Source: Chitinivibrionales bacterium (GTDB taxonomy: Bacteria > Fibrobacterota > Chitinivibrionia > Chitinivibrionales > WJKA01). From it: DNA of 64,000 nucleotides. Below the pieces are notes generated by a model that saw only the letters and a list, made by a program, of their open reading frames with translations, made no database searches and was not told the origin of the DNA. The translations under genes and the position numbers were made by a program. How positions within the stretch are numbered: position 1 is the stretch's first letter; every line of letters starts with the position of its first letter. The stretch is taken from the NCBI GenBank assembly GCA_038247415.1, contig JBBRUX010000008.1:41991-105990 (forward strand), read 5' to 3'. This document shows positions 10,569 through 21,366 of this stretch, in pieces.

Positions 10569-11710
10569 GGGGTAGTAATTCCTGGTGCACTGTGTGCGGG
10601 GAGTGATTGTGGTGAAAATGCCAGGTTAATTGCTTGGCGCATTTTTTGTGCCGTGGAATCCCATAAAAAGGTAGAACTGTGCGCTTGCGCTTGGCGCTCC
10701 ATAGTATGTCTCTGATTTTCGTTTGCCAAGAGAGCAAGAACTGTTTCAACAAAACGTGGCCCATTGTTGCTTGGGTAAAGCATTCCTGTTGTGGTGTCGA
10801 TAACCGAATCGCGAAGCCCTGCAACATTTGCAGAAACAGAAATGGTGCCACACATGTTAGCTTCTATATTGGTAATTCCCCAGCCTTCTTTAAGTGAAGG
10901 GTTGAGAAAAAGAGTTGCGCGGCTGTAAAGATTTCTTTTTTCTTCTTCGGTAACAAAACCGGCAAAAGAAACCGAATCGGTTAATGTAAGGCTGCACACA
11001 AGGCTTTGTAGGGTTTCTTTGTAGGGGCCATTTCCTGCAATTATAAGTTTTGCGTCTGGATGTACTGCAAGAATAGGCTTAAAATTGCTAATAAGAAACT
11101 GGACGTTTTTGTATTTCTGTAAACGAGTGATGCAAAAAAGCAAAGGTGTAGGATCTTTAGGGCAGAAAGGTTTAAAAAACTCTCCATCGATCCCGGGTTC
11201 AACGGTAATGGTTTTAATGGGACCTTTTGCAAAACGATTGATCTCGCTTGTTGTACTGTTGGAAATTCCCAGAAAATATTCTCTTTTATAAACAAAGCGG
11301 ACAAGAGATTCGAGAATAAATACATAGAGCGCCATTGGAAAGAATGCTTCTTGGAAAATTGCCGTTCCAAAAAAATGCATTACCATGTGCATGCGAGGCT
11401 TCTTACTATACAGTGGCGTAAAGAAGGGAAGCTTGTTGATGTCTTCGATAATAAGGTCGTATTCGGATTGATGCTTTAAAAGATATCCGATTACCGAATA
11501 ATTGAAGAGAAACTCATTGCCAATGCGAATGGTTACAATGTCATCGGAAATTTCGTGCGGGGAACAGCCCTTAAATGCATGCGAGAGCACGGTTACTGCA
11601 TAGGTTTTCGATTGAGCGAGGCGTTTAAAGATTTCGTAATAATACACCTCTGCTCCCCCTGCTCGAGGGTTTTTTATATCACGCCAATTAATAATAATAA
11701 TTTTTTTCAT
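10565..11710 (-). CDS. GT4 family glycosyltransferase
   Basis: NWRDIKNPRAGGAE, RLQKYK, KEGWGITNIEA. Confidence 0.92.
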   Translation of the reverse strand: MKKIIIINWRDIKNPRAGGAEVYYYEIFKRLAQSKTYAVTVLSHAFKGCSPHEISDDIVTIRIGNEFLFNYSVIGYLLKHQSEYDLIIEDINKLPFFTPLYSKKPRMHMVMHFFGTAIFQEAFFPMALYVFILESLVRFVYKREYFLGISNSTTSEINRFAKGPIKTITVEPGIDGEFFKPFCPKDPTPLLFCITRLQKYKNVQFLISNFKPILAVHPDAKLIIAGNGPYKETLQSLVCSLTLTDSVSFAGFVTEEEKRNLYSRATLFLNPSLKEGWGITNIEANMCGTISVSANVAGLRDSVIDTTTGMLYPSNNGPRFVETVLALLANENQRHTMERQAQAHSSTFLWDSTAQKMRQAINLAFSPQSLPAHSAPGITTP

Positions 11711-11767
11711 GATGCTTTTTTAAGGTGCGTTTATGAAGAACCTGCGCCACAGGTACATATTCTTTAA

Positions 11768-12493
11768 CTAAAAAGGTTGCCCGCTTCTTCTTCTAATGTA
11801 AATTTCATCAATTGATGCATGGTCAGACAGTGAAAGCAAATACGTTACGGTTTGAGCAATATCCTCTGGCTTAAGTAAAATCGATCGGTCGAGATCGGGT
11901 CGTGCTGATGCTACCATATCGGTATCAACGCCGCCGGGCAGAATTGCTGAAACACGAATGCCACAAGGTGCAGCTTCCACGGCAAGGGATTTTGTTAACC
12001 CCATGACACCATGTTTACTTGCGGTATATGCTGCCTGATTTGGATATCCTTTAATGCCTACCACACTTGCAATATTTATAATATATCCAGATTTTGCAAG
12101 GGTCATAATTTTTAACGCTTCGCGACAACAGAGAAATGTTCCGCGAAGATTGGTGTTAACTACGGTATCAAAATCCGATGATGCAAAAGTTTGAAGCGGG
12201 CCATAAACACCAACTCCGGCATTATTGATACACACATCGAGCCGCCCATGATACTTTGCAATATGTGCAAAGAGGGCAATGATAGAATCTTCTTTTTGAA
12301 TATCTGCGGCAAAAGCTGTAGCTTCGAGTTCATTTTCGTGCAAGGTTTCTATAAGTTTGGCGAGTGCTGGTTTGCTGCGCCCCGTGCAGATAACATGCAT
12401 CCCAGAAGCTGCAAGTGCGTATGCAATGGCTTTACCAATACCACGCGTTGCGCCGGTTACGAGTGCGACTTTTTGTGGGACATTTTTTTTCAT
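11768..12493 (-). CDS. SDR family oxidoreductase
   Basis: TGATRGIG, NNAG, YTASK. Confidence 0.95.
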   Translation of the reverse strand: MKKNVPQKVALVTGATRGIGKAIAYALAASGMHVICTGRSKPALAKLIETLHENELEATAFAADIQKEDSIIALFAHIAKYHGRLDVCINNAGVGVYGPLQTFASSDFDTVVNTNLRGTFLCCREALKIMTLAKSGYIINIASVVGIKGYPNQAAYTASKHGVMGLTKSLAVEAAPCGIRVSAILPGGVDTDMVASARPDLDRSILLKPEDIAQTVTYLLSLSDHASIDEIYIRRRSGQPF

Positions 12494-12512
12494 GGTAAAC
12501 CTCTATCAAAAG

Positions 12513-14174
12513 TTATTTTTTGAGTAATTCGGTAGCATGTTTTCGTGCCGTGAGAGAATCTCCGCCCAGCATACGGCTTATTTCATCGATGCGACCCTGG
12601 TGATTAAGCTCCACAACGCGCGTTACGGTACGTTTGTCGAGGGTTTCTTTGTAAACAGTATAATGAGTGTCTGCAACGCTTGCAATCTGATGTAAATGAG
12701 AAATGCAAAGGACCTGATGCGAAATAGAAAGCTCTTTCATAGCCACAGCTACTTCATGGGCTATGAGCCCGCCTATACCTGTGTCAATTTCATCAAAAAT
12801 CATGATATGCACAGGATTACTGCCTTTGAGAGCAGTTTTTATGGCGAGCATAATGCGCGATATTTCCCCACCCGATGCAGTTTTAACCAGAGGAAGAAAT
12901 TCTTCGCCTGCGTTTGTTCGAACCAGAAAGGAGCACTCATCGAGCCCTGTTGGCGAAATATTCGCATAGGGCGTAAAGAGAGTCTTGAGTGCACCGGCAG
13001 TAAAACCAAGGCGATTCATCTCTGTTGTTACTGCACTATCAAATCCCTGTGCTGCTTTAGCCCGTGCAACGCGTAGTTTTTCTCCGTGTTTTAAGCAGTC
13101 TGCATGCATCCGTTCAAACTTTTTTTCGAGTTCTGCTTTGTCGGACTCGGTGTTTTCTAAGAGAGAAAGTTCCTGTATGCGATCTTTGCAAAGGGCAATA
13201 AGACCTTCCTCGGAGGTTTGGTACTTTTTCTTGAACCGCTGGATTTTTGCAAGACGGCTATTAATAGTTTCGATACGTGTTGGGTCTGCGTCGGCGGCAA
13301 TAGTATCGAGATAGGAGCCACAAAAAGTTTCCAGCTCGTCGATGGTTGTAATCGCTATTTCTAGTTCGCTTATCCAAGAGGTTAGGGTCGTATCGTGACG
13401 CGAAAGGAGCTCGATCTTTTTGCGAATTTTTACAAGTGTTTCTGATATCGGGAGAGAATCGTCGCTCAGAATGGTGCTTATCGCGCTCACCGCTTCTATT
13501 CGTTCGGTTGATGCAGTAACTTTGTTGAGCTCGGCTAAGAGGCGTTCTTCTTCGCCGAGTGTAACATGCAGAGCCTCGAGTTCCTGTTTCTGAAAAGTAA
13601 GTATGTCTTTACGTGATGCAATATCTAAAGCCTGTGCATTGAATGCGGCAAGATCGGTTTGTGCTGCATGATACGCTGCAAAGGCTTCATCAAAAATTGT
13701 TTTGACAGAAGCTACACTTTCGAGCGAGTCGATGGTGTGTTGGGCTGTTTCGGGTAATAAAAGCGATTGATGTTCGTGTTGCCCATGAAAATCTATGAGA
13801 AGATCGCCTATTTTTTTGAGTGCGGCTAGCGGAAGCGGAACTTGGTTGACTAAAATCCGATTTTTCCCATTGAGTGCTAAAATGCGCCGAATAATGAGGG
13901 TGTCGTCTTCGCAGGAAATGCCTTGTTCTAAAAGTTGGTCGACCAATGATTGTGGCCCGTTATTAATAGAAAAAACGCCATTGACTTCTGCCTCGTTGCA
14001 ACCCGACCGAATCATTTCGTTGCTTGCGCGTTCACCAAGCAGTAAACCGATTGCCCCAATGAGAATAGACTTTCCGCTTCCCGTTTCGCCGGTGAAGACC
14101 GAAAATCCACGATGAATAGTAAGAGAACAATCATCGATGAGAGCTAGGTTTTTAATACGAAGTTCACGAATCAT
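12513..14174 (-). CDS. recN: DNA repair protein RecN
   Basis: TGETGSGKS, HGQHEHQ, SGGEISR, FDEID; follows nadK. Confidence 0.97.
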   Translation of the reverse strand: MIRELRIKNLALIDDCSLTIHRGFSVFTGETGSGKSILIGAIGLLLGERASNEMIRSGCNEAEVNGVFSINNGPQSLVDQLLEQGISCEDDTLIIRRILALNGKNRILVNQVPLPLAALKKIGDLLIDFHGQHEHQSLLLPETAQHTIDSLESVASVKTIFDEAFAAYHAAQTDLAAFNAQALDIASRKDILTFQKQELEALHVTLGEEERLLAELNKVTASTERIEAVSAISTILSDDSLPISETLVKIRKKIELLSRHDTTLTSWISELEIAITTIDELETFCGSYLDTIAADADPTRIETINSRLAKIQRFKKKYQTSEEGLIALCKDRIQELSLLENTESDKAELEKKFERMHADCLKHGEKLRVARAKAAQGFDSAVTTEMNRLGFTAGALKTLFTPYANISPTGLDECSFLVRTNAGEEFLPLVKTASGGEISRIMLAIKTALKGSNPVHIMIFDEIDTGIGGLIAHEVAVAMKELSISHQVLCISHLHQIASVADTHYTVYKETLDKRTVTRVVELNHQGRIDEISRMLGGDSLTARKHATELLKK

Positions 14175-15081
14175 GGTTTACCGTCGAATGTTTTTTGTAG
14201 TTTTGTCCCCATTGTAATTTACTGCGCAGTAAATCGAAGTAGGTTCGGCCCGATAACGCAATCGTACGCGTAGTTTTTTTTGCCCTGGTAATACTAATTT
14301 CGTCGCCAGCTAAAAGCTGTAACGATACAAGTCCATCTGCCGAAAAGAGCATGGTACTATCGGTTGGATTTGCGACAAGGGTGAGCGTATGGTGTGCCGA
14401 TACTACCATGGGCCGTTGCGTGAGAGAATGGGGGCACAAGGGTGTTATCAGAAATGCATTGACATCGGGATGAATAAGCGGTCCACCCGCAGCAAGTGAA
14501 TACGCCGTAGACCCACATGGCGTTGCTACAATAACCCCGTCGCCAACAAAATCGGTAATGAGCTGATTGTTGCTAAAAGCTCCAATGGAAATAAGCTTAG
14601 GTTTATCAAAACGATTGATGTACACATCGTTAAATGCAGTAAAGCTTCCGAGTGTTATTGAATTCCTACGCAGGGTAGCACACAGCGCCATCCCATTTAC
14701 AATGGTTAATGGGCTAGAAACAAGGGTAGTAAGCGAAGCTTCGAGGTCATTGGCCCCTATATCGGTGAGATACCCCAATCCACCTAGGTTAATGCCAATA
14801 ACCGGAATACTGCGTGCATATGCAATATGTAAAGCAGATAGAAAAGTTCCATCTCCCCCAAGGGAAATAAGAATATCGATGTTTTTTGTAAATTCTTTTT
14901 CGGAAGGTGCTATGGAAATGGCGGAGCGTTTTGAGATGCTTGGCGCTAAAAGCGGATGTGCAATAATAGCATTATAGTGATTCTTTTTCTTCCAGACTGC
15001 AATACGCTCTAGTACCGCAACAGCATCAGCTGAGTGCTTAAAGGCAACAATTCCAAGAGTGGGGGATTGTACCGAATTCAT
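14164..15081 (-). CDS. nadK: NAD(+) kinase
   Basis: GGDGT, GLGYL, ND, GDGVIVATPCGSTAYSLAAGGP. Confidence 0.95.
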   Translation of the reverse strand: MNSVQSPTLGIVAFKHSADAVAVLERIAVWKKKNHYNAIIAHPLLAPSISKRSAISIAPSEKEFTKNIDILISLGGDGTFLSALHIAYARSIPVIGINLGGLGYLTDIGANDLEASLTTLVSSPLTIVNGMALCATLRRNSITLGSFTAFNDVYINRFDKPKLISIGAFSNNQLITDFVGDGVIVATPCGSTAYSLAAGGPLIHPDVNAFLITPLCPHSLTQRPMVVSAHHTLTLVANPTDSTMLFSADGLVSLQLLAGDEISITRAKKTTRTIALSGRTYFDLLRSKLQWGQNYKKHSTVNHDS

Positions 15082-15131
15082 AAAAAATACACGTTCGTTA
15101 TTGTTAGTAAAGGGCCATATTCGTTATTGTG

Positions 15132-16511
15132 CTACAAAAGCTGTTGTTGATTATTTTTAACATTGCGATATTCACACAGTGCAAAAAGCGTATCGAAAAA
15201 CCCTGGATACCGTGCCTGTATCGAAGTCCCTTCGCATTTGGTTTTTCCCAGGCATTTCATGCCTCCCAATGCGCATGCTGCATTAATACCGGCTCCATAA
15301 TCGGGCGCAATATCGTAGCCATCGTATTGACGGCTGCCTTCAAGCACAATCCCATCGGGCATTTCGCCATGATGCGTTTCGATTTCTTGAAGGCATGCAA
15401 CAAGAGCCGAAAGGCGATCGGGGGTTTCGGTGCGAAAAAGAGAGCATTCACGAAAAACACTTTGCCCTTGTGAAAAGGCAGCGATAATGGTCATTGCAGG
15501 CAATTGCGATTTGAAATGTAAAAGCGGCGAACATGACGTCTTACGTCCCGTAAGAGTAAACGATTGCATTTGCACCATGCCACAGGATCCAAATGACGTT
15601 GCATGAGTTTCTTGCAATCCTGGTCTGCAGCCCATTTTTCTTACAAAGTCGAGGGTTGCCATAAGGTTCGATTCAAGCGGTGCATTGTTTATGACAAGAC
15701 TTCCTCGGGGAATGAGCGATTTAGCGCATACGAGCAGGGATAATAAAACTTCATCTCCAGGAATTGTTAGTGCTGCTGGAGCACGCGGAATTAATGGCTG
15801 CGAAAAATCTCCGTTTACAAGAAATGAGGGGCCATCGGAAATCTTTTTCTTTTTTTGCATAAGCCGAATGCGCCGCTCGAGAGGGTCGTTGATTTCTGGT
15901 TTGTTAAGACTTTTTACACTAAAGGGATAGGAGAATGCCTCAAAGAGCGAACGGATTGGTGTTACAAAGGAAAAATCGATGGTAGAAGAAATAATTTTTT
16001 GTAATCCAAAGCTTAAGGCAAGGCAATGCGGAAGTGTTTCGGGTGTACAGTCTTCTTGAGGAAATGTAAAGCCATCAGATGCATCGAGTCTGATGGTAGT
16101 AGCATTATTGGATGAAGAAAAAGTGAGCGTACAGGCAACGAGTGCTGCAATCGATTGCAAAAAAACTTGCTTTGGAGCACTAAGCTCGCGCGTTGTGACG
16201 CGTAAATGTGCGCCAACACACATGAGAATCATTAGGTCATGATACGCATTCTCGGTATCGGTAAGGAGTATATCCTGATCCTGTGTCGTGTGCGGTCGAA
16301 CAACACAGAGCGCTTCTGCAGATTCGTAGGTAGCGTTAGGTGCGGTATCGGAAAAAAATTTACTCATGACATCTGAATGTGGAATTGGTCCAATTGACCC
16401 AGTGCGACCTGATGCAATAAGTGCCGTTGCAGAAAGCAAAAACAGGTCGGTGGAAGGAGGAAGCTCGAAGGTTCCCTGAATGTCTACTACTGCGTGCGTT
16501 TCCAAAACCAT
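15132..16511 (-). CDS. Highly divergent EPSP synthase (AroA)-fold protein, catalytic motifs missing
   Basis: IPGD, RKMG, AAFSQG, DRL, PDG and YPGFF align with AroA; follows tyrA; KS/R, KE and DHR motifs absent. Confidence 0.75.
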   Translation of the reverse strand: MVLETHAVVDIQGTFELPPSTDLFLLSATALIASGRTGSIGPIPHSDVMSKFFSDTAPNATYESAEALCVVRPHTTQDQDILLTDTENAYHDLMILMCVGAHLRVTTRELSAPKQVFLQSIAALVACTLTFSSSNNATTIRLDASDGFTFPQEDCTPETLPHCLALSFGLQKIISSTIDFSFVTPIRSLFEAFSYPFSVKSLNKPEINDPLERRIRLMQKKKKISDGPSFLVNGDFSQPLIPRAPAALTIPGDEVLLSLLVCAKSLIPRGSLVINNAPLESNLMATLDFVRKMGCRPGLQETHATSFGSCGMVQMQSFTLTGRKTSCSPLLHFKSQLPAMTIIAAFSQGQSVFRECSLFRTETPDRLSALVACLQEIETHHGEMPDGIVLEGSRQYDGYDIAPDYGAGINAACALGGMKCLGKTKCEGTSIQARYPGFFDTLFALCEYRNVKNNQQQLL

Positions 16512-17620
16512 TATTCGCGCTCCCGTGCTTTAAATCCATGTGTTTCAAGAATGCCGATAGCAGCCAGAGCAGCTTCGTGAGAGGAAAACCCGAGGCGTAT
16601 CGTTCCGCCTTCACCTTCTCGAACTTTCATAATTTCGATATCGTTAATATTAATGCTTGCTTGAGCGCAGAGCGTTGTTATGGTGGCTAATACGCCAACA
16701 TGATCTTTAGCAAGGCAGACAATTTCGTGAAGGGGCGCTAAAAATCCTTTGCCACCGGGCTTAATTGAGCTGCGTGTTTCTTGTGCCGCTTCAAACGGTG
16801 CTTGCAGCGTGCTTTTGATAAGACTGTTTTTAAGTTCGAGCACATCGCTGCAATAGGTATCCAAAACCTCAATGATAGGGCCTTTGTTAGATTCGAGAAT
16901 GTCGTGCCACATTGGATAGGGTGCAGCCGCAATGCGCGTCATATCACGAAATCCCCCGGCAGCAAGCGATAATGTTTTGCCATTGCGCGCATCGTATGCC
17001 TGGGCAAGATTGACTAACGCTACTGCGAGCAGATGGGGAACATGACTTATGGTAGCGGCAATAGTGTCGTGCGTGTGTGCATCTATAAAGAGTGTTCGAC
17101 AGCCGAGGTGTTTTTTAAGAAATGCAGCGCATGCTTCTTCAAGTTCTGATGCTTTTGAATACGCCGACACAAGCGCATACAGGGCATTTTGAAAAAGGTA
17201 CGGATCGGCAGCATTGGCTCCCGATTTTTCGGAGCCAGCCATGGGGTGCCCGCCGATAAAATGAACATGGCTCGGAAGGAATTCTTTGGCTGCATCACAA
17301 ATTTCTTTTTTAGTGGAGCCTATATCGGTTATAACAAGGCCAGCAGGCAGCGTAAGCGTTCCAAGTGTGCGCAATTGCTTGATAATTGCGGAAATGGGCG
17401 AGCAAAGAATAAGTAGATCTGCGGTTGCAATTGTTTCCTGCAATGCAACGTAAGGGCGTGCTTCATCGACGCAGCCGAGCGCAAGAGCATCGCAACGATT
17501 GCGCTCAGATGAGAGGCCTATGATACGGCCTGTAAATTCGCTGGTTTTAAGAGCCATGCCTAGGGATCCACCTAAAAGGCCAACGCTGTAGAGAACGATA
17601 GTGCGCGGTTGCCACATCAT
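16511..17620 (-). CDS. tyrA: Prephenate/arogenate dehydrogenase with C-terminal ACT domain
   Basis: VGLLGGS, DIGSTK, GGHPMAGSE, SHVPH, GGFRDMTRIA; ACT-like tail. Confidence 0.95.
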   Translation of the reverse strand: MMWQPRTIVLYSVGLLGGSLGMALKTSEFTGRIIGLSSERNRCDALALGCVDEARPYVALQETIATADLLILCSPISAIIKQLRTLGTLTLPAGLVITDIGSTKKEICDAAKEFLPSHVHFIGGHPMAGSEKSGANAADPYLFQNALYALVSAYSKASELEEACAAFLKKHLGCRTLFIDAHTHDTIAATISHVPHLLAVALVNLAQAYDARNGKTLSLAAGGFRDMTRIAAAPYPMWHDILESNKGPIIEVLDTYCSDVLELKNSLIKSTLQAPFEAAQETRSSIKPGGKGFLAPLHEIVCLAKDHVGVLATITTLCAQASININDIEIMKVREGEGGTIRLGFSSHEAALAAIGILETHGFKARERE

Positions 17621-17623
17621 GGT

Positions 17624-18370
17624 TTATAAACTGCCCTTTCTGCGCGCCATCAAATAACGAATTTCGCCTTTTTTAGTAAGCGGAATAATTACCGTGCGGT
17701 AAAAATCAACCAGAAGCTCAGGAGAAATCTGAATACGGAGATCGGTTCGTATTGTTGCCTGAATAGATTGTGCTTTATTGCGAATGCGAACAAGGATCGC
17801 TTCTTCGACATCGGCGCGTGTCAGCTTGTGCCACAATGCAGATTCGTCGTTCGCTTTGATAAGCGTTTGGTATTTCGCAGGATCTTTTTGATATTTACTT
17901 TCGGCAACATACAGCGAACCGTAATGAATGCGTCGTGCAATTGCTTGAATAGCGTACACATCATGCTCAACACTGGAGCCGTACTGTTTGTCGTCTCCAG
18001 CGCCACACAATGATGGGAGAAATGATGTGTAATCGTGGAGTAAAATATGATTTACATTAATAGCATTCATGTCGTCAAGATGCAAGCCCGTGTCGGGAAG
18101 TATCCCTGTGCGCATGGGAGCTGGTAGTCCTAATGAAAACGGGCGTTCTTCGGGCACCATAAAACGTCCAAAGAGAGCATCCATGCGTTCCTGATGTGTC
18201 ATGCGAAGCGAGAAGAGGCTCTCGCTCGTCGAGGGTACAAAACCACTTTCGCCAGAACGATAGATACACGCATTAAGCGCAAATTGCGCGCGGTCGATGA
18301 GTTTGAAAATGATTGTTTCTTCGAGGCTTTCGAGCGTGGCTGCTATCGTGGTAAGGTCGAGTGTATGCAT
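17624..18370 (-). CDS. Chorismate mutase, eukaryote (Aro7/AroQ-beta)-type
   Basis: LEETIIFKLIDRAQF, PEERPF, YGSS, RRIHYG..VAESK, IIPLTK..E..YL. Confidence 0.88.
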   Translation of the reverse strand: MHTLDLTTIAATLESLEETIIFKLIDRAQFALNACIYRSGESGFVPSTSESLFSLRMTHQERMDALFGRFMVPEERPFSLGLPAPMRTGILPDTGLHLDDMNAINVNHILLHDYTSFLPSLCGAGDDKQYGSSVEHDVYAIQAIARRIHYGSLYVAESKYQKDPAKYQTLIKANDESALWHKLTRADVEEAILVRIRNKAQSIQATIRTDLRIQISPELLVDFYRTVIIPLTKKGEIRYLMARRKGSL

Positions 18371-18384
18371 GGAAATTCTTTAAA

Positions 18385-19191
18385 TCATCGAGTCCGGGTG
18401 GCACGAGAAAATCCTGAAACTGCATCGCCTAATTGCGCAAGCATAGTACTAACCGAACTTAAGTTTTCTTCTATTATGGATACAAGCGCGCTTCCAACTA
18501 TAGCCCCGTCTGCACCGGCATGAGTTAAAGAGACTATTTGGCTAGGACGTGAAATGCCAAAACCCACGCATAAAGGATGATTGGTTACATGATGCAGTCG
18601 CGCAAGTGTTTGCTTGATAGAATCGTTGATGCCAGCGCTGGTACCGGTTGGCCCAAGTCTACTCACAACGTATACAAAGGAATCGATGGAATCGCAAATT
18701 TCCTGCATGCGAGGCGTTGGCGTAAGCTCCGAAACAATATGCACCATGCCAAGGCCATTGCTGCTCATGGCTGCTGCTAAAACCTTCGATTCTTCGGGTG
18801 GCATATCTGCAACCAAAAGACTATCGACACCGGCTTTGGATGCACGTTTACAAAAGACATCGTAACCTATGTGGTGCACGGTGTTGCCATACAAAAGAAG
18901 CCCAATAGGAATATCTGAGTATTTACGAATTTTTTCGATGAGCGAGAAAAAAGTTGTTGGCGTGAGACCTGCTTCAATAGCTCGTTGGGCAGCACGTTGA
19001 TTAACAGGGCCATCGGCAACTGGATCAGAAAAAGGGTAACCAATTTCCAATATGTCTGCGCCGTTATCGATATAGGCTTTCAGTATAGCTTCACTGGTTG
19101 CAATGTCGGGATCACCAGCAACGGCAAATGGAATAAATGCCATTCTCTTTTGTTGTTTACAGAGGGCAAATGCGGTATGGTAACGGCTCAT
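18385..19191 (-). CDS. trpA: Tryptophan synthase alpha
   Basis: [32 protein letters not shown]. Confidence 0.97.
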   Translation of the reverse strand: MSRYHTAFALCKQQKRMAFIPFAVAGDPDIATSEAILKAYIDNGADILEIGYPFSDPVADGPVNQRAAQRAIEAGLTPTTFFSLIEKIRKYSDIPIGLLLYGNTVHHIGYDVFCKRASKAGVDSLLVADMPPEESKVLAAAMSSNGLGMVHIVSELTPTPRMQEICDSIDSFVYVVSRLGPTGTSAGINDSIKQTLARLHHVTNHPLCVGFGISRPSQIVSLTHAGADGAIVGSALVSIIEENLSSVSTMLAQLGDAVSGFSRATRTR

Positions 19192-20396
19192 AATGACATC
19201 CCCAGATAATCTGCTGCATGAAAAATATCTTTGTCACCCCTGCCCGATATGTTAACAATCATGGTGTCTGAAACAGACATGGAGGGGGCTGTTTTAATTG
19301 CATAAGCAACTGCATGAGAAGATTCGAGCGCAGGGATGATCCCTTCTTCGAGGCAGAGCATACGAAACGCTGCCATAGCTTCCTTGTCGGTTGCATAGGT
19401 ATAATCGACGCGGCCTATAGAGCGCAAATAGGCATGTTCCGGGCCAACACCCGAATAATCCAGACCTGCAGAAACTGAATGGGTGTTGCCTATCTGGCCA
19501 TGCTCATCTTGTAAAACGTAGGTATACATGCCATGAAAAATACCCGTACGCGCCGATTTGCTTTGTGTTAAGCGTGCAGCATGTTTTTGTCCTTTGATGC
19601 CAAGGCCGCCGGCCTCTACACCAACAAGCTTTACAGACGCATCTTTAAGGAATGCACTAAAAATACCAATTGCATTTGAGCCGCCGCCAACACAGGCAAC
19701 AATCATGGTAGGAAGCTTGTTTGTTGCAGCTTTACATTGAGTTTTTGTTTCTTTGCCAATAATAGATTGAAAATCTGCAACCATCATAGGGAATGGATGC
19801 GGGCCCAATGCCGAACCAAAAACGTAGTGGGTCGTGCGAACGCTGCCAGACCAATCGCGGTACGCTTCGTTAACAGCATCTTTAAGTGTTTTGCTTCCGC
19901 TGTTGACTGCAATAACTTTGGATCCCAAAAGGTTCATGCGAAAAACATTAGGACTCTGACGGGCCATGTCAACGGTTCCCATGTAGATATCGCATTCTAG
20001 TCCAAGGAGCGCTGCAACAGTTGCCGTGGCAACGCCGTGTTGCCCTGCACCAGTCTCTGCAATAATTCTTTTTTTGCCCATGAATTTTGCAAGGAGTCCT
20101 TGGCCTAAAGAATTGGTGATTTTATGGGCACCGGTATGATTAAGATCTTCGCGTTTGAGATATATTTGCGCTCCACCCAAAGCCTTGGAGAGTTTTTTAG
20201 CGTGATACAGAGATGTTGGTCTGCCACAATAGTTGCGCAAAAGATCGGCATACTCTTGCATGCATTCTTTATTCTCTTTGAATTCTGCAAAAGCTTTTTC
20301 AACTTCGGCAAGGGCTGGAATAAGCACTTCTGGGGCAAATGCTCCGCCAAATTCTCCAAAGTATCCTCGTTTGTCGACACCAAATCGCAATGCCAT
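19188..20396 (-). CDS. trpB: Tryptophan synthase beta
   Basis: [34 protein letters not shown]. Confidence 0.98.
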   Translation of the reverse strand: MALRFGVDKRGYFGEFGGAFAPEVLIPALAEVEKAFAEFKENKECMQEYADLLRNYCGRPTSLYHAKKLSKALGGAQIYLKREDLNHTGAHKITNSLGQGLLAKFMGKKRIIAETGAGQHGVATATVAALLGLECDIYMGTVDMARQSPNVFRMNLLGSKVIAVNSGSKTLKDAVNEAYRDWSGSVRTTHYVFGSALGPHPFPMMVADFQSIIGKETKTQCKAATNKLPTMIVACVGGGSNAIGIFSAFLKDASVKLVGVEAGGLGIKGQKHAARLTQSKSARTGIFHGMYTYVLQDEHGQIGNTHSVSAGLDYSGVGPEHAYLRSIGRVDYTYATDKEAMAAFRMLCLEEGIIPALESSHAVAYAIKTAPSMSVSDTMIVNISGRGDKDIFHAADYLGMSL

Positions 20397-20413
20397 TGTG
20401 CAAACCCTGTTTG

Positions 20414-21364
20414 TTATCGAATGAATCGAAGCAGTCGGTTAAAGCGTATTCCTGCAATCCCCTTTTTTTGTGGACTATGCGACCAGAGTACGCAAACAAC
20501 CTGCCCCGAAATAGATGAAACTTTTGCTGGACCAGTGTAGCGGGAATCATAACCATTACACCAATCATCTGCTAACAGAAAAATATATGATTCTTTGAGG
20601 TGGTAGCGGAACAATTTCGTTTTACCCTCGAAAAGTGAAAAAATGACAGTTACTGTTTTATCGTTATACACCGACGATAAATAAGCTTTCATCCGATCCC
20701 AAAAGAAATAATTAAACGCCAGAGAGTCGGGTACGTCTTTAATGGGTTTTGGAAAAAGTGAAAAATCAGCGAGTGGAGGATTCATAAGCGGCGTACCATT
20801 AATGAATACTTCGGGTACGATTGTATAAGCATTGTGCGAGTTTTCGGCACGTATCATGGCTACAGAAAAGAAAAAATCACGCAGCGACAAGGTATCCAGT
20901 TCGAGGTACTCGCCTTTACGGGGAATGCAATATGCTTCCATGGTGTCTCGTGGAGAATAGCTGGGTGGCAAAGCTTGCATACCATACGGAATGTGGTGCA
21001 TCGAATCGATTCGTGGGCGACGGGTTTTGAGCATCCCATTGGATATCGCAACCGTATCACCCGCAACGGCAACAATTCTCTGGCAGGTATGGCGCTTGTT
21101 GATAGCGTCTTTAATTACCACCACGGTGTTGGGATGCGGCTTGAATAAATGGGGCCACGATGGTGCAAAAGGCAACTTCCACAAAAGAACCTGATCTCCC
21201 GGGGAAATGGTAGGCTGCATTTGATCGGTTGCTATATGAATAGTATCAATGACGAAAATTTTAACAATAAAGAGAATTAAAAAAAGCAGTACGCCACGCT
21301 TTACCTGACGATAGATCCAGATTCTCCGGTCGATTGGAGCAGTGGTAAGAGGGGTGGCTGCCAT
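20414..21364 (-). CDS. Signal peptidase I (S26) homolog lacking the Ser/Lys dyad
   Basis: Downstream of lepA; TM anchor; degenerate boxes [34 protein letters not shown]. Confidence 0.8.
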   Translation of the reverse strand: MAATPLTTAPIDRRIWIYRQVKRGVLLFLILFIVKIFVIDTIHIATDQMQPTISPGDQVLLWKLPFAPSWPHLFKPHPNTVVVIKDAINKRHTCQRIVAVAGDTVAISNGMLKTRRPRIDSMHHIPYGMQALPPSYSPRDTMEAYCIPRKGEYLELDTLSLRDFFFSVAMIRAENSHNAYTIVPEVFINGTPLMNPPLADFSLFPKPIKDVPDSLAFNYFFWDRMKAYLSSVYNDKTVTVIFSLFEGKTKLFRYHLKESYIFLLADDWCNGYDSRYTGPAKVSSISGQVVCVLWSHSPQKKGIAGIRFNRLLRFIR

Positions 21365-21366
21365 GA

